DNA from: a bacterium
Lineage (GTDB): Bacteria > Zhuqueibacterota > Zhuqueibacteria > Oceanimicrobiales > Oceanimicrobiaceae
NCBI GenBank assembly: GCA_037446635.1
Contig: JBBIIG010000027.1
Span: forward strand, 10,892 to 57,076
Direction: 5' to 3'
Length of the DNA stretch: 46,185 nucleotides
Below are positions 15,371 through 24,860 of this stretch, piece by piece; the stretch's first letter is position 1; each line of letters opens with the position of its first letter. The notes below the pieces were generated by a model. That model saw nothing but the letters and a program-made list of their open reading frames with translations. It searched no databases and was not told the origin of the DNA. Made by a program: the position numbers and the translations under genes.

Positions 15371-15633
15371 AGGATTGCTCCTATTTAACGTGGATATTTG
15401 AGGGAATGGATTATCATGCGGAGACAACGGCAAACAACAGACCAGATGCTGTTGTTTCACATCTCAACCTGTAAGTCTATTATTTTCTAATATACGGGAA
15501 AACTTGAAAAACAAGAAGATTTCTTATCCCTGCGAAAATGAGGAAACGCGATTCCTAAATTCAAGAAGGGATTGCTGTGCGAAATTTTGCGGATGATTTG
15601 TGATTAGGAGGATAATTCCGACTAAAACTAAAA

Positions 15634-15659
15634 ACCCCAGCCGGTGGTTCGACTGGGGT
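15634..15659 (-). terminator. Terminator after the cold-shock gene
   Basis: ACCCCAGTCGAACCACCGGCTGGGGT followed by TTTT on the minus strand. Confidence 0.75.
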
Positions 15660-15673
15660 TTGAGCTGACAAAC

Positions 15674-15880
15674 CTAAGATTGGACTTTACTAACCTTGGT
15701 CGCCTGAGCCCCCTTGGGTCCCTGCTCAACGTCAAATTCCACTTGATCGCCCTCTGCAAGTGAGCGATAGCCATCACCGACAATGGCCTTGAAGTGAACG
15801 AACACATCCGTGTCCCCTTCGCGCGCGATAAAGCCATATCCCTTGGCGTTGTTGAACCACTTAACTGTACCTCTTTGCAT
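15674..15880 (-). CDS. csp: Cold-shock protein (CspA family)
   Basis: [15 protein letters not shown] (RNP1), DVFVHF (RNP2), GPKGAQA. Confidence 0.97.
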   Translation of the reverse strand: MQRGTVKWFNNAKGYGFIAREGDTDVFVHFKAIVGDGYRSLAEGDQVEFDVEQGPKGAQATKVSKVQS

Positions 15881-16160
15881 AAAACTAAACCCTTAAATTT
15901 GGAATGAGAAATTGAGTACACTCATTTTCAGCGCTTTGATCCAAAAAAAAATCGTCTTGAATGAGAGCGCAAACTCCATTCTCAACGATTTTTTATTTAT
16001 GCGATTTTGAAAAGCACTTGCACAATCAAAGACTGAAAAAAATGTACCAGTAAATTAACGGCTTAAAATTAAGCGATTTAAAATTAAAAGCAAGTCTTTT
16101 TTTTCTAAAACGAAAAAAATTCGAGTTTACTTTTATTGGCTCTGCTTGCTATATTGGTGA

Positions 16161-16934
16161 GTGATGCGATTAAAATACCACAAATTTGGCGCCGCCGGCC
16201 CCGAGTTGATTGTCCTGCACGGTCTGCTGGGTTCGTCACAGAATTGGCGCTCCACCGCACGCATGTTGGCCGATCATGCTCGGGTGATTGTCCCCGACCT
16301 GCGCAACCACGGCGATTCACCCCACGGCGAACACCGCTTCGATCTCATCACCGAGGATATTCTTGAGCTCTTCGACGGCGCAGAAATCGGCCGCGCGTTT
16401 TTGCTGGGGCATTCCATGGGCGGACTCGCCGTCATGAACTTTGCGTTCGCCCACCCGCAGCGGCTGCGGGGAATCATCATCGTGGACATCGCTCCGGGCG
16501 CCCCGATGTCCGACATGAGCGACATCTTCCAAGCTTTGTTGAATCTTGACCTCCCCAAATTGCAGAGCCGGGAAGAGGCCGATCGCCAAATGGCGTCCAC
16601 CATTAAAAGCGCGGGCGTTCGGCAGTTTCTGTTGCAGAATTTGAAGCGGCAGCGCGACGGCGGTTTTCACTGGCGCTGCAACCTTCCGGAGTTGAAGCGC
16701 TTTATTCAAGACCGCGAACGCTTTAAAATAGAGGATCATCAAAAGTATGAAGGGCGGACTTTATTCGTTGCCGGTGGCCGCTCCGAATATCGTGTTTGGG
16801 AAAAAGAGGAGGCGATTCGTCAACACTTCCCGGCGGCGCAACTGGCGGTCATCCCCGAGGCCGGCCACTGGGTGCACTTCGAGGCCATGTCCGAGTTTGT
16901 GAACGTCGTCGCAAACTTCATTTCAACTTCATGA
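16161..16934 (+). CDS. Alpha/beta hydrolase (YbfF/ABHD11-like esterase)
   Basis: LHGLLGS..NW, DLRNHG.SPH, GHSMGG nucleophile, AGHWVH. Confidence 0.9.
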   Translation: MMRLKYHKFGAAGPELIVLHGLLGSSQNWRSTARMLADHARVIVPDLRNHGDSPHGEHRFDLITEDILELFDGAEIGRAFLLGHSMGGLAVMNFAFAHPQRLRGIIIVDIAPGAPMSDMSDIFQALLNLDLPKLQSREEADRQMASTIKSAGVRQFLLQNLKRQRDGGFHWRCNLPELKRFIQDRERFKIEDHQKYEGRTLFVAGGRSEYRVWEKEEAIRQHFPAAQLAVIPEAGHWVHFEAMSEFVNVVANFISTS

Positions 16935-17643
16935 GCTCACTCTGCGCCTGCGGGTGGCTAGGATTGCGCTTGAGGGCTAAGGTGAACATGTGGCGCGCCT
17001 TTTCGAGCCAGCCGTTTTCACTATAGTACTTTCCAACTGAAAAATAAACGTCGTCCAACCCGCGGCCATCGGCGAATTGCTCGAGGAACTCGGCCACCCC
17101 CTGCCCAAAATGCCGCTTGATTCTCAGCGGCTCCTCCAAAAGCGACGTCAGCAGCAGGATGTTGTCTTTGTATCGCGCCAATAAATTTTTAATTATCTCA
17201 ATGCCGCGTGTAAAAAGCTCGTCCATGCGGTGCAAATGATATTGCAGATTGTCGCTGCTGCGTTGAAAGGCCTCGCTTTCTTCGAGGTAATGTTCCATCA
17301 GGTATTTCAGTTCGCGGGTCACCATGACTTTATGAAACAGCAGCCCAATGTTGTTCATGAATTCGGTTTCGATCTCGTCGGGGGTAATTTTATAGGATTT
17401 CTCATATTTGTTTTTTTCCGGATCGATCAGCCGCTTGAAAACCAGATGGTGATCTTCTTTGATCTCAAATAAAATATCGCTAATCTCTTTGCGCTTTTCA
17501 AACGACAGCGATAAATCCTTTCGAAAGATGCGGCGGCAGGCCATGAACTTTTCGCGGGCGTCAAGATACTTCATCACCATGTTGCGCACTTTCCAATTAC
17601 GGACGCGCTGAAAATAGGGCTTGACTCCGTTTGCTGCGGACAT
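16918..17643 (-). CDS. Hypothetical helical protein with a C-terminal TPR-like motif
   Basis: 241-aa ORF with RBS GAGGA; the C-terminal YFSVGKYY..NG.LEKARHMF..AL..NP resembles a TPR. Confidence 0.7.
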   Translation of the reverse strand: MSAANGVKPYFQRVRNWKVRNMVMKYLDAREKFMACRRIFRKDLSLSFEKRKEISDILFEIKEDHHLVFKRLIDPEKNKYEKSYKITPDEIETEFMNNIGLLFHKVMVTRELKYLMEHYLEESEAFQRSSDNLQYHLHRMDELFTRGIEIIKNLLARYKDNILLLTSLLEEPLRIKRHFGQGVAEFLEQFADGRGLDDVYFSVGKYYSENGWLEKARHMFTLALKRNPSHPQAQSELMKLK

Positions 17644-17687
17644 ACTTCCTCTCCTGTGCTGAAAATTTCTTCGGTCCTAATTCCAAA

Positions 17688-19481
17688 CTAATTGCGGTCT
17701 CCAGTCAACCAACCGCGGCGAATCGCCAACTGCAAGTCAGTGGGCGACGCCATCGGCTCGATCTCACACTCCGCCAATTCCTTCTTACCAACTTTGACCG
17801 TGAAGTACATCTCTTCTCCCTCCCGCCAAATTTTAACCGGCAGCTCGGCGCCGATTTCAAATTGGCGGAGCAACTCCACTAATTGGCTGCGGGTGGCAAC
17901 GTCAACATCGGCCACTTGCAGCAGGTAATCGTTTTTGCGCACACCCGCTGCAAACAGCGGCGAATCCTCATCCAAATAGATAATTCGATTGTGCGGGCCG
18001 ACAAAAAGCACCTCGCCGAGGCTCGCCACCCATTCGCTGGTGAGAGCGACCTCGTAGCCGGCAAACGACAGCGCCTCCGCGAAGGGCAGCTCTTGCGTGC
18101 CAGAAACATAGTCCGCAAAAAAACCGCTGAAGTCGTGCTGCGCCAAAGCGCTGACAGCGCGCTCGATAGCGCTCTCTTCGAAGCCCACGTTTTCTTTGGC
18201 GAACCACCAATTCATAAAACGCATCACGTCATCCAAACTCACGCGATTGCTGGTCGCCTGCCGCAAGTACAAATCGAGCAGCAAGCCCAGCAGCTCGCCT
18301 TTGTTGTAAAACGAAACCCCGGGATGCAGGTACCCGCGTTCCCAAATGGTGCGGCTCACCTCTTCGACGCTGGTGGCGCGGCGGTCGCCCGTTTCTTGCA
18401 GATCCTCGATTTGCCTTTCCATTTCATCTAAAAATTGGGCTTCACTCCACAACTGCGTGCGCACCAGCGTCAGCGCCTCATAATAGCTGGTGACGCCTTC
18501 AGCGAACCACAGGGCGTTGGTGCGCTCCTCGATGGTGTAATCGATGGCTTCAAGAATTTTCGGACGAATGCGCTTGACGTTCCAGACATGAAAAAATTCG
18601 TGAGCCGTGACTTCGGCGGCGCTCAGCACGTTAGCGGATAAGCGTTCGCCGGAGAGCCCGATGGTTGTGGAGTTGGCGTGTTCGAGGCCGCCGCCGCTGG
18701 CGCGCCCCGGAAATATTCTGTAAAAGAAAACATAACGCTCAAAGGGAATTTCGTTAAAGAATTCAATTTGGTACTCGCAGATTTTTTTGGTCATCACCAA
18801 AAAGCTATCCACGGCGAATTCAGCGGCGCCGTGAAAAACCAGTTCGATGGGGACGCCATTGATTTGGAATTGGCGCCGATCAAAATTACCCAATTGCGCC
18901 GGCGAATCCACCAGCACGTCGTAGTTGTCGGCATAAAACTGGTTGAGCTTGGACAGGGGTTTGAGGGGAGATGCGACGCCCCAGTTTTGCGGAACACGAT
19001 ATTCAACCGTCGCTGGCAGATGGGTTTTTCCGTCGAGGTACATCAACACGCTGGGGCCCTCCACCAGCGCGTAATGGGTGTCCAGCGCCGTCTGCGACCA
19101 GGTTTCATAGGCGGGCTCCACCTGATAACTCACCTCGAGAAAATCTCCGGAGGGAACCACCTGCCAGCCATCTTCGCTGACTTTCTGAACGTTCAGCTTT
19201 TTGCCATTGCGGTTGTGGGCAGCAAAGGCGACGACGTTGTCCGCGTAATTGCGGATGCGGTACGCGCCCGGCGACCAGCGCGGCATGCGAAAAATCAGGC
19301 GCTCGCGACCGGGGTTCTCAACTGCGATGGTTACGTTAAAAAATTGTGCGTATGGATCATCAACGCTCAAAGCGTAATGAATAGATGGGGCGCCGTTCTC
19401 ACCGGAGGTCAAAAACAGATTATAAAAACCAACAAACGAGAACGAAACGCATATCACAAACCAGATTTTGCTAACTCTCAT
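17688..19481 (-). CDS. M61 family metallopeptidase with a PDZ domain
   Basis: MPRWSPGAY, GGGLEH.NST, HEFFHVWNVKRIRP, LWFAEGVTSYY, YNKG, C-terminal PDZ; start likely ATG 19481 (signal-like MRVSKIWF). Confidence 0.92.
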   Translation of the reverse strand: MRVSKIWFVICVSFSFVGFYNLFLTSGENGAPSIHYALSVDDPYAQFFNVTIAVENPGRERLIFRMPRWSPGAYRIRNYADNVVAFAAHNRNGKKLNVQKVSEDGWQVVPSGDFLEVSYQVEPAYETWSQTALDTHYALVEGPSVLMYLDGKTHLPATVEYRVPQNWGVASPLKPLSKLNQFYADNYDVLVDSPAQLGNFDRRQFQINGVPIELVFHGAAEFAVDSFLVMTKKICEYQIEFFNEIPFERYVFFYRIFPGRASGGGLEHANSTTIGLSGERLSANVLSAAEVTAHEFFHVWNVKRIRPKILEAIDYTIEERTNALWFAEGVTSYYEALTLVRTQLWSEAQFLDEMERQIEDLQETGDRRATSVEEVSRTIWERGYLHPGVSFYNKGELLGLLLDLYLRQATSNRVSLDDVMRFMNWWFAKENVGFEESAIERAVSALAQHDFSGFFADYVSGTQELPFAEALSFAGYEVALTSEWVASLGEVLFVGPHNRIIYLDEDSPLFAAGVRKNDYLLQVADVDVATRSQLVELLRQFEIGAELPVKIWREGEEMYFTVKVGKKELAECEIEPMASPTDLQLAIRRGWLTGDRN

Positions 19482-19569
19482 AACTATCCTGTCTGATCTG
19501 AAATTCGATCGCTTTAAAGCTAAACGCTTTTCGCGCAAAACGCAAGTCATAATTTTATCTTTTTATCCC

Positions 19570-19720
19570 AACACCGAAGCACACCGAAAAGACCATACGG
19601 CTGAACCGCAAAGATCGCAAGGGAGGCGCAAAGGTTGCTAAAGAAATAAACCTTTTCTTTGCGCCCGTTTGCGCAACGGCAAAGCGAGATTCGGTGCTTT
19701 TCAGTGTCTTTCGGTATTTT
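19570..19720. repeat. Nested REP-like palindromes (CGCAAAG element inside a CACCGAA/TTCGGTG element)
   Basis: Outer ACACCGAA..ACACCGAAAAG pairs with TTCGGTG..TTTCGGTA; inner AACCGCAAAG..GCGCAAAG pairs with CTTTGCGC. Confidence 0.65.
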
Positions 19721-19741
19721 ATTTCGATTTTTCCGAAAAAC

Positions 19742-19777
19742 AAAAAGCCTCCGCTTGCAATTCAAACGGAGGCTTTG
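19742..19777 (-). terminator. Terminator after the subtilase gene
   Basis: AAAGCCTCCG...CGGAGGCTTT stem with a T-rich tail on the minus strand. Confidence 0.7.
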
Positions 19778-19800
19778 CTTTGGATGCGGTTTTCCGAATT

Positions 19801-21771
19801 TTAATTGCGTTTTTTGCGTCGCGCCGAGACGTACTTGAGCGCCACCAGCGGCAATAAGAAAATCGAAAGATTGAGCGCGGAGTTGACGGTAGTGCGCATG
19901 GCGCTGTTTGCAATCGCCACGTCGATGGCGGGCTTGCCGCAGCAGCCGCCGCCGTTGGTAGGCTCAGCAATCGAAAAGGTGAAATTGCTGTCGCGGGTGT
20001 TGTTGCCGGCATTATCCACCGCGGAGACAAAATAGACGATGGTGCTGCCCAGCGTCTGCCCCGGGATTTGTCCGCGGTAGTGGTCGTCGCCGGTGTTGGT
20101 CATGGGAACTTGCACCGCGCTGGCGCTACCGACCTGGTAGGTCAAAGTTGCGCTTTGGATGCCGCCGTCGTCAAGGACGTCGGCTTCCACCACATAGGGG
20201 CCGGTTTCATCCAAAGTATTGTCTAGGCGCGTGGTGTTGGCAATGATCGGGTTGGTTGATAGCGCGCGGTTCACGTTCAGGCGGCCGCCGGTGATTGTGC
20301 GATCGGCAAAAGTCGAATTGCGATCAATTGAACCTAAAACCCGGTTTTTGATTTGCATAGCCGAGTGCGCCGGAAACTGCGCCCACACTAACGCCATGGC
20401 ACCGCTAACGTGGGGAGTGGCCATGGAAGTGCCGCTCAAACGCGCGTAACGATCGTTGGGAACCGTGCTCAGAATGTTGTTGCCGGGCGCCGCCAGATGC
20501 ACGGTTCTTCTTCCATAATTTGAGAACGACGCCAACCCATCGCCGCTGGTGCTGGCGGCTACCGAAACGACGTTGGCAACCTGGTAATTGGCCGGATAAG
20601 TCGCGAAACGATCATTGTCGCTGCTTTCGTTGCCAGCCGCCGCAATAAACAGCACACCGTGATCGTTGGCATATTTGATGGCGTCTTCCAGCGCCTGTGA
20701 GCGGCCGCCGCCGCCCCAACTGTTGCTGAGCACTTTCGCGCCCATGTTGGTTGCGTAAATGATCGCCGAAACCGCGTCATCGGTGGTGCCGCTGCCATCG
20801 GCGCCGAGAAATTTCAACGCCATGATGGAAACGTTCCAGTTCACGCCGACCACACCTCTGGAATTGTTGCCTTCGGCACCAACGCTGCCGGAGACGTGAG
20901 TTCCGTGCTGGTTATCATCAAAAGGATTGTTATCGTCGTTGATAAAATCCCAGCCGCGAAAATCATCCACGAAGCCGTTGCCGTCGTCGTCCACGCCGTT
21001 GTTTTCTTTGCCGCTGCCGGATTCACCGGGATTCGTCCACATGTTGTTTTCCAAATCTTCATGCTCATAATCGACGCCCGTGTCAATGACGCCCACAATC
21101 ACGGATTTGCTGCCGGTCTGTACGTCCCACGCCGCTGGCCCATCGATGATGGTCATGCCGTAAAGTTCCGAGAAGCGGGGATCGTTGGGCGTGACGAAGG
21201 TGCGGTAAATGTAATTCGGCTCGGCATATTCGATGTCATCATCAGCGTTGCATTTGAGCAGAACGTCCGTCACCGGTTTGTCATCCGTGATGGCGCATTT
21301 ATAAACGCCGATAGCGTCGAAGCTTTTGATAACGCGCAACCCGGCGTGGATAAAAGTCGTGTCGCTGACGGTCGCCGTTGACTTAAACTTAATGATCACT
21401 TCGCCTGCTTTGTAATCGGCAAGCGGCGCCGGCTGGGTGGCCGCCGTTGGCTCGGGTTCGGGAGACATCGTCCGCACCGTCGCCGCCGGTTCGACATACA
21501 CTACATAAGGGGATGCGCTGGCTAACTGCACCACTTGATTGATGGTGTTTTCGGAAGCGACTTCAAACACCTCGACGTTGATCTCCTTGATCGATTTTAC
21601 CCGACTCAATCCCCACGCCGAGCTCAACGAATCAATTTGCTGGCTGTTGACCTGCGGGGAAAATTTAATCAGCACTTCTTTTTGGGCCTCGCTGCCGGCT
21701 GTCAAAAGCAGCCAGCCCGCTGTCAATGAAATGAACAAAGCGAAAACCCACACAAATGATTTTTGCCTCAT
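19801..21771 (-). CDS. S8 subtilisin-family serine protease with a C-terminal membrane anchor
   Basis: Triad VIDTG / HGTHVSG / SGTSMATPHV, AAAGN oxyanion; signal peptide from ATG 21771 (RBS AAGGAGG); TM plus RRKKR at the end. Confidence 0.95.
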   Translation of the reverse strand: MRQKSFVWVFALFISLTAGWLLLTAGSEAQKEVLIKFSPQVNSQQIDSLSSAWGLSRVKSIKEINVEVFEVASENTINQVVQLASASPYVVYVEPAATVRTMSPEPEPTAATQPAPLADYKAGEVIIKFKSTATVSDTTFIHAGLRVIKSFDAIGVYKCAITDDKPVTDVLLKCNADDDIEYAEPNYIYRTFVTPNDPRFSELYGMTIIDGPAAWDVQTGSKSVIVGVIDTGVDYEHEDLENNMWTNPGESGSGKENNGVDDDGNGFVDDFRGWDFINDDNNPFDDNQHGTHVSGSVGAEGNNSRGVVGVNWNVSIMALKFLGADGSGTTDDAVSAIIYATNMGAKVLSNSWGGGGRSQALEDAIKYANDHGVLFIAAAGNESSDNDRFATYPANYQVANVVSVAASTSGDGLASFSNYGRRTVHLAAPGNNILSTVPNDRYARLSGTSMATPHVSGAMALVWAQFPAHSAMQIKNRVLGSIDRNSTFADRTITGGRLNVNRALSTNPIIANTTRLDNTLDETGPYVVEADVLDDGGIQSATLTYQVGSASAVQVPMTNTGDDHYRGQIPGQTLGSTIVYFVSAVDNAGNNTRDSNFTFSIAEPTNGGGCCGKPAIDVAIANSAMRTTVNSALNLSIFLLPLVALKYVSARRKKRN

Positions 21772-21816
21772 CAAGTCCTCCTTCCTGGTTAGTGATCGAA
21801 TAATGAGGTTTTTATT

Positions 21817-21875
21817 TGTCATCGCGTAGCGACCGTAGGGAGCGAAGCCATCTCAAACTGGAAATTGCTTCGTCG
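21817..21875. repeat. Degenerate, truncated palindromic repeat (GTCAT.GCG..GCGAAGC.ATCTC...ATTGCTTCGTCG)
   Basis: CGAAGC..ATCTC pairs with GAAATTGCTTCG; resembles a widespread intergenic REP family (recognised from memory). Confidence 0.5.
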
Positions 21876-21890
21876 TCCGCCACTTTTAAA

Positions 21891-22796
21891 TTACTGAACT
21901 AAATTTGAAAGCGTCCCGATTTGGGTGATTTCGCACTCGACCGTATCGCCGCTGCTCAACGGCCCCACGCCGGCCGGCGTGCCGGTGGCGATAATATCGC
22001 CCGGCTCCAGCGTGCAGTGCTTTGAAAAATAGGCGATGATCGCCGGCACATCGAATGACATTTCCGAAAGCCTCGCCTGTTGTTTGATGATGCCGTTAAC
22101 CCGCACCGTCAACTGCAATTGCCGATAATCAGCGATGGCGGCTTTGGGAACGAGGTACGGTCCGCAGGGGCAGAAGGCGTCGAAGCTTTTGGAGCGGAAC
22201 CACGGTTTCCCGTCTTTGATGTCTTTTTTCTGCAGCTCGCGCGCGGTGACGTCGTTTAAAATGCTGAATCCGGCGAGCAGCTCGAAAGCCATTTTTTCCG
22301 AAACCTGGGCGGCGCGCTTGCCCATCACCACGGCTAATTCGCCCTCAAAATCCACCCGCCCAACGCCCCGCGGCAAGCGAATGGTTTCGTTGTGAGCGAT
22401 TAACGACGACGGTGATTTCGCAAACAAGATCGGCTCTTCGGGGACGGGGTTTCCTAACTCCTGCGCGTGGGCGGGATAGTTTCTTCCTATACACAAAATT
22501 TTTTGCGGCCGCCCGATGGGTGGGTTAAATCGAAAGGCTTTTTTAATTTTTAAATCATCCAGTGGGCGAATTTCCTTGAGCGTGGAGAACACTTCTTGAA
22601 AGGTTTCCAAGTGGAAGAAGTCGGCTTCCACCATAATCTGGAGAAAATCGAGCCGAGGCCCCTTGCCCTGGCTTTGAAATTGTTTATACAACTCCCACGC
22701 CAGAGAAAAATTGTATGATTGGCCGTCAATTTCAACGCCGATTTGCGGGTTGCCGTTTTCGTAAGCAAATGAGAAGGCTTTGACGATGGATGCCAT
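21891..22796 (-). CDS. Fumarylacetoacetate hydrolase family protein
   Basis: KILCIGRNY..HA.E, DFEGELAVV, NDVTARELQ, KSFD.F.P.GP, TLEPGDIIATGTPAGVG. Confidence 0.93.
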   Translation of the reverse strand: MASIVKAFSFAYENGNPQIGVEIDGQSYNFSLAWELYKQFQSQGKGPRLDFLQIMVEADFFHLETFQEVFSTLKEIRPLDDLKIKKAFRFNPPIGRPQKILCIGRNYPAHAQELGNPVPEEPILFAKSPSSLIAHNETIRLPRGVGRVDFEGELAVVMGKRAAQVSEKMAFELLAGFSILNDVTARELQKKDIKDGKPWFRSKSFDAFCPCGPYLVPKAAIADYRQLQLTVRVNGIIKQQARLSEMSFDVPAIIAYFSKHCTLEPGDIIATGTPAGVGPLSSGDTVECEITQIGTLSNLVQ

Positions 22797-22891
22797 CCTG
22801 GTTCTGTGTTTTCCCCTGCGAGTCGCGTTTAAAAATTGTTCGGGTAGAGTTTCAGAAAGCAGGCCTTTTAGGTTTGAATCAAAACGTGCGT

Positions 22892-22920
22892 AGTTTATGA
22901 ATTTCTTTTCTGATAGTCAA
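22892..22920 (-). promoter_or_regulatory. Sigma70-like promoter for the FAH gene
   Basis: TTGACT-17nt-TAAACT. Confidence 0.5.
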
Positions 22921-22930
22921 GCAATATTTC

Positions 22931-23362
22931 TTAATGGCCAAACATGTATTGCTTCAGATAGCGGTTGGTGTATTCCTGCTCATCCAATTGCGCTTTGACC
23001 AAATCGCCGATGGAAATCATGCCGACCACTTTGTGGTGCTGCATAATTGGCAGGTGGCGAATGTGATTTTTAGTCATAATGCCCATGGTATAATCGAGAT
23101 CGTCGTCCGGAACCCCGATGATTAAGTCTTTAGTCATCACATCCTTGACTTTGGTGGTTCGTAATTTATTATCGCGTTCGGCGCACTCCCGCAGGATATC
23201 GCGTTCCGTGATGATTCCCACCGGTTTTTCTTCGTTATCCAGAACTAACAGCGAGCCGATGTTATGCTTGACGAGAATTTTAACAGCGTCGTGCACCGTT
23301 TTGTCGGAATGAATCGTTATAACGTTTCCTCCCTTTGCGCCTAAAATTTCTTGAATTTTCAT
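22931..23362 (-). CDS. CBS-pair domain protein (in frame with the upstream Cys-rich peptide)
   Basis: VGIITERDI, V.DVMTK, IRHLPI, VGMISIGDLVK; strong RBS GGAGG before ATG 23362. Confidence 0.9.
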   Translation of the reverse strand: MKIQEILGAKGGNVITIHSDKTVHDAVKILVKHNIGSLLVLDNEEKPVGIITERDILRECAERDNKLRTTKVKDVMTKDLIIGVPDDDLDYTMGIMTKNHIRHLPIMQHHKVVGMISIGDLVKAQLDEQEYTNRYLKQYMFGH

Positions 23363-23545
23363 GATGGGTTCCTCCACTTTATTGCTGTTTTTTTTCACAT
23401 AGGCCTTGCAAGCTAATACCGGCAGCTTGGGGTATTTGTCAAATGCCTGATCGATCTGCGAATATTCACACCTCAAGAAAACGCTGCCGCGCTTGTTGCG
23501 CACCAGGGCAGCGTATGCGCAGGTTTCGCAGAGTCCCGCTTCCAT
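23363..23545 (-). CDS. Small Cys-rich protein (CxxC...C...C), fused in frame to the CBS protein as sequenced
   Basis: MEAGLCETCAYAALVRNKRGSVFLRCEYSQIDQAFDKYPKLPVLACKAY; no stop before the CBS ATG. Confidence 0.6.
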
Positions 23546-23550
23546 TGGCG

Positions 23551-24729
23551 CTACTCGTCAGAAGTGTTGAGGATATCGAGGTAATCGTTCAGAACCTCAT
23601 CCGAAATATCGAAATCATCTACACCAAATCGGATGTGCTTGGGATGGCTGGCCAAAAGCTTTTGTACGTTCTCGATCACCATCTCAACTTCCGCAGCAGA
23701 GTCGCCCGCCGCCTTCACGGCCATAAATTCCGGGCCGATGGGCTTCGAGCGTTCCGGAGAGGAGCTGCAATAAATTGCAACTAATGGAGTACCAACAGCG
23801 GCGGCGAGGTGCATAACGTCGGAGTCATTGCAGACGAGAACATCCGCAAGGTAGAACGCGGCGGCGAGACTGCGCAGCGGCAGCCCCGCCAGCGTAATGG
23901 CCGGGAACGGCAGGGCACTCAAGAATTGGCGGCCAAGGGCCTGCTGCGATTCATCCCAGGAGACAAAAACTTTTGCGCCGTGATGCGCCGTCAGGTAACG
24001 GGCAACCTGCAAAAAATTTTTCATCCCCCACTGTTTGGCGGCGCTGTCGGCGCTAATGTGAAAGCCGATGATCAAATCGTCCGGGCGGCCGCCGTGCTCG
24101 GCCAAAAAATTCCTTGCCCATTCCTTCTCCTGCTTACTGAGCACCATGACCTCCGCGAGCTCCTCGGTATCCATGCCGAGATAGCGAACAATTTCAAGAT
24201 ACCGCTCGCTGTCATGCTTTTTGTTGTCGGCAGCCGGCGCCAGCAAATTATAAAAATAATTCCAGGTTGCACCGGGAAGAAGCGGGCGTTCGGCTCCCAA
24301 GATGTAGCGGGCGCGGCTGGCAACGGCGATGAGATCGCCGGCGAGAGAATGAGCTTTGGCGTTGAGCACGATGGCGAGATCAAAACGACGGCGCAGCGAT
24401 TTTATGAACGCAGCGATTTTTTTGAACGGCCAGTGCCGCCAATTCCCATAAAATGGAATCACTTTGTTGACAAAAACATTGCCGGACAGCGCCTCGGCAT
24501 GTTCGGCCTGTGCAACAACGGCGATGTGCGCCCGCGGGAAACGCTGCCGAACCGCCCGCAGCGCCGGCGTCGCCAGCAACAAATCGCCCAGGCTGTCATG
24601 GATGCTCACAATTAGAATCCGGCGAATTTGGGCGCGCCGGAATTCATCGCGGCTGAGCGGCTGGCGATTCAGCGATCGCTCCAGCCCGCGAATAAAATTA
24701 CGCTGCAGTTTTTGGGCGAATTGATTCAT
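23551..24729 (-). CDS. Glycosyltransferase family 9 (heptosyltransferase-like)
   Basis: RILIV...SLGDLLLATPALRAVR.RFP.A.I, FDLAI, NDS.VMHLAAAVGTPLVAIY. Confidence 0.88.
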   Translation of the reverse strand: MNQFAQKLQRNFIRGLERSLNRQPLSRDEFRRAQIRRILIVSIHDSLGDLLLATPALRAVRQRFPRAHIAVVAQAEHAEALSGNVFVNKVIPFYGNWRHWPFKKIAAFIKSLRRRFDLAIVLNAKAHSLAGDLIAVASRARYILGAERPLLPGATWNYFYNLLAPAADNKKHDSERYLEIVRYLGMDTEELAEVMVLSKQEKEWARNFLAEHGGRPDDLIIGFHISADSAAKQWGMKNFLQVARYLTAHHGAKVFVSWDESQQALGRQFLSALPFPAITLAGLPLRSLAAAFYLADVLVCNDSDVMHLAAAVGTPLVAIYCSSSPERSKPIGPEFMAVKAAGDSAAEVEMVIENVQKLLASHPKHIRFGVDDFDISDEVLNDYLDILNTSDE

Positions 24730-24860
24730 TGCTCATCCGATTTGATAAAAAATAAATCTATTTCCCTAATTGTCAATCACTTTTTGCATTCGAAAAACAA
24801 TCTTCTTGGAAAAGAACACGGCAATACTTATTTTTCACCTCGACAACTTGGAGCAACAGT

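Noticed and set aside
21772..21822. Longer start for the subtilase (similarly 19550 for M61 and 15460 for transketolase)
   Set aside because: The upstream starts fall in repeat or intergenic DNA; the downstream ATGs have a better RBS or signal-peptide context.
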